A stretch of 64,000 nt of DNA from an uncultured Lachnospiraceae bacterium (GCA_964490165.1 CAZBAR010000002.1:6064-70063), one strand, 5' to 3'. Shown: positions 9,055 to 19,219, numbered from the stretch's first letter. Program-made: numbers and translations. Notes: generated from the letters alone by a model not told the origin.

Positions 9055-9669
9055 TTACTTGTTTTCCTTTTTGCCCAGTATTTCTTCAAGAATTTCCACG
9101 ATCTTGAACTTTACCTTATATTTTGTCTTTCCGCTGTCCGTTATCGCCCGGTACTGTTCATCTGTAAATCCTGCTGAAATAAATGTCTCCTCACGCTCTC
9201 CCGCGACCGCGGTACACAAGGGCGGATACAGCACGCACCACCAGTTATGTCCCGCCCCATCGCCGATGATCACGCGCAGGGAAGTGTATTCACCCTCGGG
9301 CAGTGTAAAGTCCTCATAATTGCGCTCTGGATAGTGTTCTTCGCCCAACTCGATATGCACGGGGTAGTCGTAGCCCTCATCGGCTATGACCTTGCTTGCG
9401 GCGCTTATAAGCATTCTTTTGCCGCTTGTTATGATCATTTCAGCGTTTTCTTTGCCGCCGTTAAGTCCTAGCTCGGATGCGCTTTCCAATACGGCGTCGC
9501 GAACCTTCAGCTTCAGCGCCTGATCGCTGTCACTGTCTGAATTGGCAATGACGTGCAGTCGTATGAGATCTGTATATATCTTTTCCTCGCCGTTTACCGG
9601 CAGGACTGATATAAATGTAAATGCGATAAGTATAGCTGCTGACAGAGATGCGATGATTTTTACTTTCAT
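9055..9669 (-). CDS. spoIIR: Stage II sporulation protein R
   Basis: IRLHVIANSDS..DQALKLKVRD and G.G.GHNWWCVLYPPLC; N-terminal signal peptide. Confidence 0.95.
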   Translation of the reverse strand: MKVKIIASLSAAILIAFTFISVLPVNGEEKIYTDLIRLHVIANSDSDSDQALKLKVRDAVLESASELGLNGGKENAEMIITSGKRMLISAASKVIADEGYDYPVHIELGEEHYPERNYEDFTLPEGEYTSLRVIIGDGAGHNWWCVLYPPLCTAVAGEREETFISAGFTDEQYRAITDSGKTKYKVKFKIVEILEEILGKKENK

Positions 9670-9717
9670 AAGTAATACCGTACCTTTCTTTTCTTTTCAT
9701 TTCATTTCTCGGTACGG

Positions 9718-9747
9718 TATTATTCCCCTCGCTCAGGGTGATTATAC
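9718..9747 (-). promoter_or_regulatory. Sigma-F-type forespore promoter of spoIIR
   Basis: GTATA-15 bp-GGGAATAATA matches the sigma-F consensus; spoIIR is a known sigma-F target. Confidence 0.65.
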
Positions 9748-9762
9748 ATAATTTTTGAAATT

Positions 9763-10710
9763 TTATACAAGACGCGATCTTTTCTCTCCGCGAAGATATG
9801 CTTTTATATTTTCCACTATGTCATTAAGGCAGCGTTGCCTTGCCTCTTTAGCGCCCCAGGCCATATGAGGGGTGAGACACACGTTATCAAGCTCCTTCAC
9901 CGCATAGTACGGACTGTCAGTGCCGAAGGGCTCAGTCTTGTAAACATCGACTCCGATTCCGCCGATACGCTTATTCTTTACTGCATCACACAGTGCAGCT
10001 TCATCGCATACTGCTCCGCGGGCGACGTTTATAACTATGGCGTCACTTTTCATCATTGCTATGCGCTCTGCACTTATAAGTCCTTCTGTGCTGTCATTAA
10101 GCGGCGTATGAATGGATATAATATCGCTCTCGCGGCAAAGTGTATCGATATCGACGCAATCAAAGTCATCGACGGGAACTCTTTTGTTTGCTATAACGCG
10201 GCAGCCCATTGCGGCGGCTACGGAAGCTACTTTTTTGCCTATGTTTCCGAGTCCTACAATGCCCCATGTCCTGCCTGCAAGCTCGTGATAAACAGGGGAG
10301 AGCATATTTGCCGTGCCGCTTGCGGTATATGCGCCGTTTTTAACGAAGCTGTTATACTCCGGAAGATGGGTGGAAAGCGAGAGAGCCATTGCCAGCGTGA
10401 GCTGCGCAACGCTGTCTGTGGAATATCCGACTACATTGCATACTCCGATGCCCCGCTTTTTCATAAAGTCAAGATCTATATTGTCATATCCTGTGGCGGC
10501 AATGCACACAAGCTTTAAGTTTTCAGCCTTGCCGACGGTATTCGCATTCATTTTTATCTTATTGACTATTGCAACGTCTGCGTTTTGCAGACGAAACGCA
10601 ACCTCATCAGGGGCGGTGGCGGGGTAGGCTGTAACGCTTCCGAGGGCGTCAAGCGGTGAGAGGTCAAGGTCGTCTCCCAAGGTCTTTGCATCAAGCAGAA
10701 CTATATTCAT
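9763..10710 (-). CDS. D-2-hydroxyacid dehydrogenase (glycerate dehydrogenase-like)
   Basis: GIVGLGNIG, INVARG, DVYKTEP, TPHMAW. Confidence 0.9.
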   Translation of the reverse strand: MNIVLLDAKTLGDDLDLSPLDALGSVTAYPATAPDEVAFRLQNADVAIVNKIKMNANTVGKAENLKLVCIAATGYDNIDLDFMKKRGIGVCNVVGYSTDSVAQLTLAMALSLSTHLPEYNSFVKNGAYTASGTANMLSPVYHELAGRTWGIVGLGNIGKKVASVAAAMGCRVIANKRVPVDDFDCVDIDTLCRESDIISIHTPLNDSTEGLISAERIAMMKSDAIVINVARGAVCDEAALCDAVKNKRIGGIGVDVYKTEPFGTDSPYYAVKELDNVCLTPHMAWGAKEARQRCLNDIVENIKAYLRGEKRSRLV

Positions 10711-10793
10711 ATAAGTGTTCCTTTCGTAAACCCTACAAAATCTTCGATAAAAAACAAACAGGGGCTGACTACGTCAACCCCGTTTTGTAATAA

Positions 10794-10970
10794 TTACTTG
10801 AACTTGCGCTTTCTTGCTGCCTCAGACTTTTTCTTTCTCTTTACGCTGGGCTTTTCATAGCATTCTCTTTTGCGAAGCTCGGCCTGGATACCCGATCTCT
10901 GGCACTGACGCTTGAAGCGACGGAGTGCGCTGTCAAGAGATTCGTTCTCTTTTACTCTGACCTCTGCCAT
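10794..10970 (-). CDS. rpsU: 30S ribosomal protein S21
   Basis: Manual translation [58 protein letters not shown] (58 aa, below ORF-track cutoff); GGGAGG RBS; TTGACA-17-TATAAT at 11030-11058. Confidence 0.97.
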   Translation of the reverse strand: MAEVRVKENESLDSALRRFKRQCQRSGIQAELRKRECYEKPSVKRKKKSEAARKRKFK

Positions 10971-11081
10971 TATCTGTTTCCCTCCCTTCGCTTTCCGCGT
11001 GAAAAAGTGCCGAATTGCACTTCTATAATATTATATCCGCTCATATACCTTTTGTCAAGTATATTTTCGAAAAAATCAGGC

Positions 11082-13484
11082 TCATTTTGCCACAATATTC
11101 ACAATTTTACCGGGGACATAAATTTCCTTAATAATGCTTTTGCCCTCAAGTGCTGCGGCTATTTTTTCATCAGCCTTTGCGGCTGCAATAGCGTCGTCCT
11201 TGGATATATCCTTGCTTATGGTAATGGTAGAACGGAGCTTTCCGCATATCTGAACGGCGATCTCTATAGTATCGTCAACAGTCTTCGCCTCATCATATTC
11301 GGGCCACTTGCCCAGAGACAGCAGTCCTTCGCCGCCGACCTTCTCCCACATCTCCTCGCACAGGTGGGGAGCATAGGGGCAGAGCAGGCTGATAAAGGTC
11401 TTCAGCTCGTCAACGGTAAGAGAGCCGTTATCATAGATGTCGTTAATAAGCGTCATCATAGCGGCGATGCCGGTGTTGAACTTCATATCCTCTATATCGG
11501 AGGAGACCTTTTTAATAGTCTTGTGGAATGCAGATTCAAGCGCGGGAGTTACGCCCTCGCCCTTTGCGATGTCAAGCAATCCTGCAGTTCTGTCGAGGAA
11601 GCGCTTACAGCCGCGAACGCTGCTTTCGGACCAGGGAGCTGCCTTTTCGTAGTCTCCCATAAAGAGTACATAAACGCGAAGTACATCTGCGCCGTACTGT
11701 TCGACAACGTCAAGCGGGTCAATAACATTGCCCTTGGATTTACTCATTTTCTCACCGTCGGGGCCGAGTATCAGACCCTGTGCGGTTCTCTTTGCGTAAG
11801 GCTCTGAGCAGGGAACCTCACCGAGATCGTACAGGAAGTGATGCCAGAAGCGGGAGTATATCATATGGCGTGTTACGTGCTCCATACCGCCGTTGTACCA
11901 GTCAACGGGCAGCCAGTATTTCAGCTTTTCCTGGTCTGCAAAGCATTCGCTGTTGTGAGGATCGATATAACGGAGGAAATACCATGACGAGCCTGCCCAC
12001 TGGGGCATTGTATCAGTCTCGCGTCTTGCCTTGCCGCCGCAGCGGGGACAAGTGCAGTTGATAAAGTCGTCAAGCTTTGCAAGAGGGCTCTCGCCGCCGA
12101 CGCCGGGCTCAAAGTTTTCCATATCGGGCAGCTTCAGAGGAAGTTCTTCGTAGGGAACGCCGACCATACCGCACTTATCGCAGTGTACGATCGGGATAGG
12201 CTCGCCCCAATAGCGCTGACGGTTGAACGCCCAGTCTTTCATTTTATACTGAACGCCGCCTTTACCTATCTTTCTTTCCTCCAAGACCTCGATCATACGT
12301 GCGATGGAGTCTTTTTTATTTGTATATCCGTTAAGGAATTCGGAGTTTACCATTTCGCCGTCGCCGCTGTATGCTTCGACAGAAACGTCGCCGCCTTTGA
12401 TTACCTCGATGATATCTACGCCGAACTTTTTCGCAAAATCGTAGTCTCTCTGGTCGTGTGCGGGAACTGCCATAATAGCGCCCGTGCCGTAGCCCATCAT
12501 TACGTAGTCGGAAATAAATATGGGTATCTCCTTACCGTTTACGGGATCGATCGCGGAAAGTCCGTCAAGGCGCACGCCTGTCTTATCTTTAACAAGCTGT
12601 GTTCTCTCAAACTCAGTCTTTTTAGCGCACTCTGCTCTGTATGCAACAACGTCGTCAAAGTTTGCTATCTTTTCCGCATACTTATCAAGCATAGGATGCT
12701 CAGGTGCCATTACCATAAAAGTAACGCCGAACAGGGTGTCGGGACGGGTGGTGTACACGGTAAGCTTTTCTTCTGTTCCTACAACGGGAAACTCAACGAA
12801 TGCGCCTGTCGATTTACCTATCCAGTTTACCTGCTGGAGCTTGATATTGGGCAAATAGTCTACGTCGTCAAGACCCTGAAGCAGCTTGTCTGCGTACTGA
12901 GTGATCCTGAGGTACCAAACATCCTTGGATTTCTGCACAACGTCGCTGTGGCAAATATCACACTTGCCGCCCTGAGAGTCCTCGTTGGAGAGAACGACTT
13001 TACAGCTGGGGCAGTAGTTGACGAGAGCCTTGTCTCTGAAAACAAGTCCGTTGTCAAACATTTTTCTGAATATCCACTGTGTCCACTTGTAGTAGTCCTC
13101 GTCAGTGGTGTCGATAACTCTTGACCAGTCAAAGGAGAAGCCGACCTTTTTCAGCTGCTCTGTAAAGCGGGCGATGTTCTTATCTGTAACCTTGCGGGGA
13201 TGAGTGTTTGTTTTGATAGCGTAGTTCTCTGTGGGTAGACCGAAGGCGTCAAAGCCGATAGGGAAAAGCACATTGTAGCCCTGCATTCTTCTTTTGCGGG
13301 ACACTACCTCAAGTCCGGAATAAGCTTTGATGTGACCTACGTGCATACCTGCGCCGCTGGGGTAGGGGAACTCTACCATGGAGAAAAATTTAGGTTTTTC
13401 GCTGAAATCCTCGGCGCGGAAAGCTTCTTCATCGTCCCACTTTTTCTGCCACTTCGCTTCTATATTCTTAAAGTCGTATTTCAT
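11082..13484 (-). CDS. leuS: Leucine--tRNA ligase
   Basis: FPYPSG.GMHVGH (HIGH), KMSKS, editing-domain GYGTGAIMAVPAHDQRD. Confidence 0.98.
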   Translation of the reverse strand: MKYDFKNIEAKWQKKWDDEEAFRAEDFSEKPKFFSMVEFPYPSGAGMHVGHIKAYSGLEVVSRKRRMQGYNVLFPIGFDAFGLPTENYAIKTNTHPRKVTDKNIARFTEQLKKVGFSFDWSRVIDTTDEDYYKWTQWIFRKMFDNGLVFRDKALVNYCPSCKVVLSNEDSQGGKCDICHSDVVQKSKDVWYLRITQYADKLLQGLDDVDYLPNIKLQQVNWIGKSTGAFVEFPVVGTEEKLTVYTTRPDTLFGVTFMVMAPEHPMLDKYAEKIANFDDVVAYRAECAKKTEFERTQLVKDKTGVRLDGLSAIDPVNGKEIPIFISDYVMMGYGTGAIMAVPAHDQRDYDFAKKFGVDIIEVIKGGDVSVEAYSGDGEMVNSEFLNGYTNKKDSIARMIEVLEERKIGKGGVQYKMKDWAFNRQRYWGEPIPIVHCDKCGMVGVPYEELPLKLPDMENFEPGVGGESPLAKLDDFINCTCPRCGGKARRETDTMPQWAGSSWYFLRYIDPHNSECFADQEKLKYWLPVDWYNGGMEHVTRHMIYSRFWHHFLYDLGEVPCSEPYAKRTAQGLILGPDGEKMSKSKGNVIDPLDVVEQYGADVLRVYVLFMGDYEKAAPWSESSVRGCKRFLDRTAGLLDIAKGEGVTPALESAFHKTIKKVSSDIEDMKFNTGIAAMMTLINDIYDNGSLTVDELKTFISLLCPYAPHLCEEMWEKVGGEGLLSLGKWPEYDEAKTVDDTIEIAVQICGKLRSTITISKDISKDDAIAAAKADEKIAAALEGKSIIKEIYVPGKIVNIVAK

Positions 13485-13509
13485 ATAAATGTCCTTTCTG
13501 AAATTCTCA

Positions 13510-13920
13510 TCAGTCAGCAGTAAGGAGATCGGAAATATCTATCTCGCTGCCGTCCTTGTAAAGCTTTTCGATCTTATAGTAATCTCTTGTATCAGCGCTG
13601 AAAACGTGGAGTATTACCGAGCCGTAGTCGGACAGTATCCATGTATCGCCGCGTCCGCCCTCATTATGCATAACGGATATTCCGTTTTGCGACAGGCGAA
13701 ATTCCACTTCTTCTGCGAGGGAGCTTATCTGAGTTTTTGAAGTGCCGGTGCAAAGCACGAAGTAGTCTGCGATGCTTGTCTGATCTTCAACATACAAAAG
13801 CTTTATATCTTTTGCTTTTTTAACATCCAGTATTTTCACCATAAACTGCGCAATGTCTAAAGGAGTCGGCGAAGCGCACAAGGTGATTTCGGAGGAGGGG
13901 GTGTTATTATTTTCCGTCAT
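13510..13920 (-). CDS. rsfS: Ribosome silencing factor (Iojap)
   Basis: KKAKDI, DYFVLCTG.S, WILSDYGSVILHVF...R.YY.IE.L. Confidence 0.93.
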   Translation of the reverse strand: MTENNNTPSSEITLCASPTPLDIAQFMVKILDVKKAKDIKLLYVEDQTSIADYFVLCTGTSKTQISSLAEEVEFRLSQNGISVMHNEGGRGDTWILSDYGSVILHVFSADTRDYYKIEKLYKDGSEIDISDLLTAD

Positions 13921-13984
13921 TTTCTTATCCTTTCGTTATATATCGTTATATAAATGCAGTCGCTGTATAAGGTGTTGAGAAGAA

Positions 13985-14217
13985 AAAATAAAAGTCCCCG
14001 AAGTCTGAAGACTTCAGGGACGAAAATATCGCGGTACCACCCTGTTTACCGTAAAAACGGTCACTCAATACGGCATACGCCGTGCGCCATGATAACGGAG
14101 CGTGCCGTGGGTATCTGACCCAAGCTTCGGAGTGAGACTTTGAACTTTTCCCGCTGTCTTGCACCTACCGACAGCTCTCTTCGGGGACGAAGAACAAATT
14201 GTTTCCATCAACACTTT
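13985..14217 (-). ncRNA. T-box leader, Leu specifier (CUC), with terminator
   Basis: AGAGAGCTG..GGTGCAA stem I apex; specifier CTC at 14134-14136; CCGTTA motif; T-box CAGGGTGGTACCGCG; terminator GTCCCTGAAGTC-TTCA-GACTTCGGGGAC-TTTTATTTTTT; promoter TTGACT-17-TATCAT at 14242-14270. Confidence 0.92.
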
Positions 14218-14314
14218 ATACAATATAAATTATTATATAAAATGATATCACATAATCTCGCCAAAGTCAAGTGGTTTCGTGAAAAACTAACACTGCGCGG
14301 TCATTGGCAGCCGC

Positions 14315-15394
14315 TCAGCCCTCGCAGACCTTTACGCTCCAGCCGAAGGGATCGTCAAGCTTGCCCCACTGGATGCCTGTGAGATTATCGTACAGCTTCT
14401 GAGTTACCTCGCCGATCTTATTGTCGGAAACAGTGTATTCCTTGTCATTATAGAACAGATGGCCGATGGGAGAAACGACAGCGGCTGTGCCTGTACCCCA
14501 AGCTTCCTCAAGAGTACCGTTCTCAGCAGCTTCGAAAAGCTCGTCAACGGAAATAAGTCTTTCTTCTACCTCGTATCCCCATGACTTCAGTATCTCAACG
14601 CAGGACTTTCTTGTGATTCCGGGAAGAACGGAGCCTGTGAGAGCAGGAGTGACTATTTTTCCTGCGATCTTAAACATAACGTTCATGCTTCCGACTTCTT
14701 CAATGTACTTCTGCTCAACGCCGTCAAGCCACAAAACCTGAGTGTAGCCGTTTTTCTCAGCTCTTTCGCCTGCTCTGAGGCTGGCTGCATAGTTGCCGCC
14801 GCACTTTGCGTATCCTGTGCCGCCGCGAACTGTACGTACATCGTGAGACTCGATCGCTATCTTAACAGGGTTGATGCCTTCTGCGTAGTAAGCACCTACA
14901 GGTGAGCAGATCACAACAAATGTAGCGTTTTTAACTGCGTGCACACCGAGATGAGGGTCGTTTCCGAACAGGAAAGGACGCAGATAAAGAGATGTCTCGG
15001 CAGAATGGGGTACCCAGTCGCGCTCGAGCTCTACAAGAGTTTTCATAATGTCAAGGCAGCCTTCTTCATCAAGGGCAGGCAGGCAGAGACGCTCTGCGCT
15101 GTTGTTAAGGCGCTTTACGTTTTCCTCAGGACGGAAAAGGCGGATAGAACCGTCTGCTGCTCTGTAAGCCTTAAGGCCCTCGAATATTTCCGCACCGTAG
15201 TGAAGAACGGTAGACGCAGGATGGATGGGCATAGGACCGAAGGGTACTATTCTGCCGTTATACCAGCCCTTATCGGCAGAGTAGTCCATAATAAACATAT
15301 GGTCTGTAAATATCTGACCAAAGCCGAGCTTTGATTCATCTGTCGGACGAGCCTTAGGCTCGGTTGTCTTTGTGATCTTTATATCGTATTTCAT
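14315..15394 (-). CDS. ilvE: Branched-chain amino acid aminotransferase
   Basis: LHYG..IFEGLKAY, YLRP, AKCGGNYA, EEVGSMN, LPGITR, GTAAVVSP. Confidence 0.95.
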   Translation of the reverse strand: MKYDIKITKTTEPKARPTDESKLGFGQIFTDHMFIMDYSADKGWYNGRIVPFGPMPIHPASTVLHYGAEIFEGLKAYRAADGSIRLFRPEENVKRLNNSAERLCLPALDEEGCLDIMKTLVELERDWVPHSAETSLYLRPFLFGNDPHLGVHAVKNATFVVICSPVGAYYAEGINPVKIAIESHDVRTVRGGTGYAKCGGNYAASLRAGERAEKNGYTQVLWLDGVEQKYIEEVGSMNVMFKIAGKIVTPALTGSVLPGITRKSCVEILKSWGYEVEERLISVDELFEAAENGTLEEAWGTGTAAVVSPIGHLFYNDKEYTVSDNKIGEVTQKLYDNLTGIQWGKLDDPFGWSVKVCEG

Positions 15395-15685
15395 ATTCTT
15401 TCCTCCCATAAATATATGAAATTGTATTTTTTGTGTTTTTGCAGGAAAAAATTTTTTTCTTTCAAAAATTGATTACAGTATATCACAGCATACGCAGAAT
15501 GTCAATTGTGAGAGCGCCTGAAATACAAAAAAATTACATTATTTTATTAGATTTCGGACTAAATGCGGCAGTGCAGGATCACCGGAGCTTTTTGTTTCCA
15601 TATCTTACGGTGTTGACAAAATAAAATATGGGTACTATAATGTAATGTAGAGTAAAATTATGAATTAAAACGGAGGTGCTACAGT

Positions 15686-15868
15686 ATGTCAGAACTTAAA
15701 AAGATGTGGGGCGAGACGTGCAAGGAGCTTGACAGTGCATTCTGCTCTCTCGGCAGATCCATAGTGAAGTCCGCGAAGCTTGGTATAAAAACTGTAAATG
15801 AGTGGGCGAACAGTGACGACGGGGCAGAAAAAACTGACAAAACTGCATCAAATTCAGATAAACAATAA
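15686..15868 (+). CDS. Small hypothetical protein (60 aa)
   Basis: TTGACA-17-TATAAT at 15613-15641 and GGAGGTG RBS; no family recognised. Confidence 0.7.
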   Translation: MSELKKMWGETCKELDSAFCSLGRSIVKSAKLGIKTVNEWANSDDGAEKTDKTASNSDKQ

Positions 15869-16059
15869 GATGTTTTTGTCAGTTTTTGAAGGATTAAATA
15901 TTTATATATCATTTTTGCGCCCGAAAAGGCAAAAAAGTGTAGACAAATGAAGTCTTATGTGGTAAAATATTCAAAATAGAGAAGCTTCTTCGATGGCGTC
16001 CTCTGCTTTGCTCAGCGGACGCCACCATCACACGGCTTCGGGAAAGGCAAATCGAACAG

Positions 16060-16911
16060 ATGTACAGGATAACTTATAAAAAAGAGCTTAACCCTACTGT
16101 AACTCTTATGGATATTGAAGCTCCCCTTGTAGCGAAAAAAGCACTTGCAGGGCAGTTCATAATCCTTCGCGTTGACGAGGAGGGCGAGCGTATTCCTCTG
16201 ACCGTGGCAGGATATGACAGAGAAGCAGGTACGGTACGTATAATATTCCAGCTTGTAGGTGCAACTACAGTAAAGCTCGGTGCAAAGAACGAGGGCGATT
16301 ATATTCAGGACTTTGTAGGTCCTCTCGGCAAGCCCACAAAGCTTGACGGACTGAAAAAGGTATGTATCGTAGGCGGCGGCGTAGGATGCGCCATTGCGCT
16401 GCCTATTGCACAGGCACTGCACGAGGCAGGCTGTGAGGTGCATTCCATAGTGGGCTTCCGTTCAAAGGATCTGGTGATCCTGGAGGACGAGTTCAGGGCT
16501 GCGTCAAACAAGTTCACTCTTATGACAGACGACGGCAGTGTCGGCGAAAAGGGTGTTGTTACCGTTCCGCTGAAGGCCGCTATTGAAGCCGGCGAGAATT
16601 ATGATGAGGTAATTACTATCGGTCCTCTGATCATGATGAAGTTTGTAGTTGCTACAACAAAGCCTTTCGGCGTAAAGACTACCGTTTCAATGAACCCCAT
16701 TATGATCGACGGTACTGGTATGTGCGGCGGCTGCCGTCTTACTGTCGGCGGCAAGACTATGTTTGCCTGTGTTGACGGCCCCGATTTTGACGGCTTTGAG
16801 GTCGATTTTGACGAGGCTATGGAGCGCGGCGCGATGTATCGCGATTTTGAGCGTCACGCATATGAGGAAGCTTGTAATTTGCTGAAGAAGGGGGAGCATA
16901 GCAATGGCTAA
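16060..16911 (+). CDS. nfnA: Electron-bifurcating transhydrogenase small subunit (NfnA/SudB-like)
   Basis: GERIPLT, GGGVG, MIDGTGMCGGCR...CVDGPDF [2Fe-2S] motif. Confidence 0.85.
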   Translation: MYRITYKKELNPTVTLMDIEAPLVAKKALAGQFIILRVDEEGERIPLTVAGYDREAGTVRIIFQLVGATTVKLGAKNEGDYIQDFVGPLGKPTKLDGLKKVCIVGGGVGCAIALPIAQALHEAGCEVHSIVGFRSKDLVILEDEFRAASNKFTLMTDDGSVGEKGVVTVPLKAAIEAGENYDEVITIGPLIMMKFVVATTKPFGVKTTVSMNPIMIDGTGMCGGCRLTVGGKTMFACVDGPDFDGFEVDFDEAMERGAMYRDFERHAYEEACNLLKKGEHSNG

Positions 16912-18319
16912 TATGAGAGCTGATAAGAACCCGATGCCTACTCAGGAGCCTGAGGTAAGAGCACATAACTTTTTTGAGGTCGCTTCCGGCTATACTGAGG
17001 AAATGGCTCTGGATGAGGCGGCGCGTTGTCTTAACTGCAAGAATATGCCTTGTGTTTCAGGCTGCCCTGTAAAGATACATATTCCCGAATTTATATCAAA
17101 AATGAAGGAGGGAGATTTTGAAGCGGCGTATCAGATCATTTCAAAATCTTCAAGCCTTCCCGCTGTATGCGGCAGAGTTTGCCCGCAGGAGAACCAGTGC
17201 GAGTCCAAGTGTGTTCGCGGTATCAAGGGCGAGCCTGTAGGTATCGGCAGACTGGAGCGCTTTGCAGCAGACTGGCATAATGAGCACTGCACAGAGGCAC
17301 CCGTTGTTCCTGAGAGCAACGGACACCGCGTAGCAGTTGTAGGCTCCGGCCCCTCAGGTCTTACCTGTGCGGGTGATCTTGCTAAAAAAGGCTATAAGGT
17401 CACTGTATTTGAGGCGCTGCACCTTGCAGGCGGCGTTCTTGTATACGGTATTCCCGAATTCCGTCTTCCCAAGAGCATTGTTCAGAAGGAAGTCGAAACA
17501 CTGAAAGCGCTTGGCGTTGATATTGAAACCAATGTTGTAGTAGGCAAAACTATTACTGTTGACGAGCTGTTTGAGGACGGCTATGAGGCTGTATTTATCG
17601 GCAGCGGTGCAGGACTTCCCAGATTTATGGGAATTCCCGGCGAGAGCCTTCGCGGCGTATACTCAGCTAATGAGTTTCTTACCAGAAACAACCTTATGAA
17701 GGCATACCGTGAAGGATCTGATACCCCTATAATGAAGGCAAAAAAGGTTGCAGTTGTCGGCGGCGGTAACGTTGCTATGGATGCTGCACGTACAGCTCTG
17801 CGTCTCGGTGCCGAGAAGGTGTATATCGTATACCGCCGTTCTATGGAGGAATTGCCTGCAAGACGTGAAGAGGTTGAGCACGCAATGGAGGAGGGAATAG
17901 AATTCCGCCTTCTTAACAATCCTACAAGAATTATTGGCTACGAAAATCCCGATGATAAGCGCGATCCTAAAAACGGAACCGTTATCGGTATGGAGTGCCT
18001 GAAGATGGAGCTCGGCGAGCCTGACGAACGCGGCAGACGCTCTCCTGTTGAGATCCCCGGCAGTGAATTTGAGATGGATGTTGACTGTGTTATTATGTCG
18101 ATCGGCACCTCTCCCAATCCTCTTATCAAGTCTACTACAGAGGGACTTGAGGTAAACCGCCGCGGCGGTATTATCGTCGAAGAGGAAAGCGGCAAGACTA
18201 CAAAGGACGGCGTATGGGCAGGCGGTGACGCTGTAACGGGCGCTGCTACCGTAATTCTTGCAATGGGCGCAGGTAAGAGTGCGGCTGAATCTATCGATAA
18301 GTATCTTTCGGAAAAATAA
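16904..18319 (+). CDS. nfnB: Electron-bifurcating transhydrogenase large subunit (NfnB/SudA; often annotated NADPH-dependent glutamate synthase small chain)
   Basis: RCLNC..PC..GCP, CGRVCPQE.QCE, GSGPSG, YGIPEFRLP, GGGNVAMD; overlaps the nfnA stop; no large gltB subunit adjacent. Confidence 0.85.
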   Translation: MANMRADKNPMPTQEPEVRAHNFFEVASGYTEEMALDEAARCLNCKNMPCVSGCPVKIHIPEFISKMKEGDFEAAYQIISKSSSLPAVCGRVCPQENQCESKCVRGIKGEPVGIGRLERFAADWHNEHCTEAPVVPESNGHRVAVVGSGPSGLTCAGDLAKKGYKVTVFEALHLAGGVLVYGIPEFRLPKSIVQKEVETLKALGVDIETNVVVGKTITVDELFEDGYEAVFIGSGAGLPRFMGIPGESLRGVYSANEFLTRNNLMKAYREGSDTPIMKAKKVAVVGGGNVAMDAARTALRLGAEKVYIVYRRSMEELPARREEVEHAMEEGIEFRLLNNPTRIIGYENPDDKRDPKNGTVIGMECLKMELGEPDERGRRSPVEIPGSEFEMDVDCVIMSIGTSPNPLIKSTTEGLEVNRRGGIIVEEESGKTTKDGVWAGGDAVTGAATVILAMGAGKSAAESIDKYLSEK

Positions 18320-18329
18320 TTGCTGTACA

Positions 18330-18365
18330 GCTGACCCTGACGTGAAAGCGTCGGGGTCAGCTTTT
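18330..18365 (+). terminator. Intrinsic terminator after nfnB
   Basis: GCTGACCCTGACG-TGAAAG-CGTCGGGGTCAGC-TTTT. Confidence 0.65.
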
Positions 18366-18396
18366 AACAAACGTAATAAGGCGCGGAGGCAGAGAA

Positions 18397-18981
18397 GTGA
18401 GAAACAACCGAAACACCAAAACAAAGATCGTTACAGCAGCGTGGAAGCTTTTTTATGAGCAGGGCTACGATGACACTACTGTTGAAGAAATAATCGAAGA
18501 GTCGGGCACCTCTAAGGGATCGTTCTACCATTACTTTGAGGGTAAGGATGCACTTCTCGGCTCACTGGCCGATCTGTTTGATGAGAAATATATAGCGCTT
18601 TCTGAGAATACAGATCTTGACAGTGACAGCTTTGAGCTTTTGCTGCGGCTTAACCGTGAACTGTTTTCTATGATAGAAAACACGATAGATCTTGAGCTTC
18701 TTACAAGGCTGTATTCCACTCAGCTTGTAACAAAGGGTGCAAAACAGCTGCTGGATCATAACAGAGTCTATTACAAGCTGCTGCGCAAGATAGTGTCCGG
18801 CGCGCAGGAGCGCGGCGAAATGATATCTACTATGACGGTCGGAGACATAGTAAGATACTATGCAATGTGCGAAAGAGGTCTTATATATGATTGGTGCCTC
18901 TCGGGTGGCAACTATTCACTCAGAGACTACGCGGCTGCCGTTATGCCTATGTTTTTGAACGATCTGTTTATAAAAAAATAA
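18397..18981 (+). CDS. TetR/AcrR family regulator
   Basis: LF..QGY..TTVEEI...GTSKGSFYHYF.GK. Confidence 0.92.
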   Translation: MRNNRNTKTKIVTAAWKLFYEQGYDDTTVEEIIEESGTSKGSFYHYFEGKDALLGSLADLFDEKYIALSENTDLDSDSFELLLRLNRELFSMIENTIDLELLTRLYSTQLVTKGAKQLLDHNRVYYKLLRKIVSGAQERGEMISTMTVGDIVRYYAMCERGLIYDWCLSGGNYSLRDYAAAVMPMFLNDLFIKK

Positions 18982-19219
18982 TAGTTTTTTCAAACGTATA
19001 TTTCGTGGTTTGGTTTTAGTATACATTATTTACCCCTATATTTACAGGACATTTTTGAATTTGATCTGTACGCGGTATAGAATTTAGTCTATACCGCGTT
19101 CTGCATTGCGTTCTTGAATTTTTTGTGGTAAAATATGTAGGATATCAGATAATTATGAGGAATAATATTCCTCAGTCTGACACGGCGCTGCCGTGTATAA
19201 ATGAAAGGAAATATATAAA

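Noticed and set aside
11007-13124. Long plus-strand ORFs of 266 and 313 aa
   Set aside because: Antisense shadows of leuS produced by codon bias; no motifs.
13946-14164. 72-aa ORF upstream of rsfS as a leader peptide
   Set aside because: It coincides with the T-box RNA, which fully explains the region.
16904-18319. Glutamate synthase small subunit (gltD)
   Set aside because: No gltB is adjacent, and coupling to the NfnA-type FAD/[2Fe-2S] subunit favours NfnAB.
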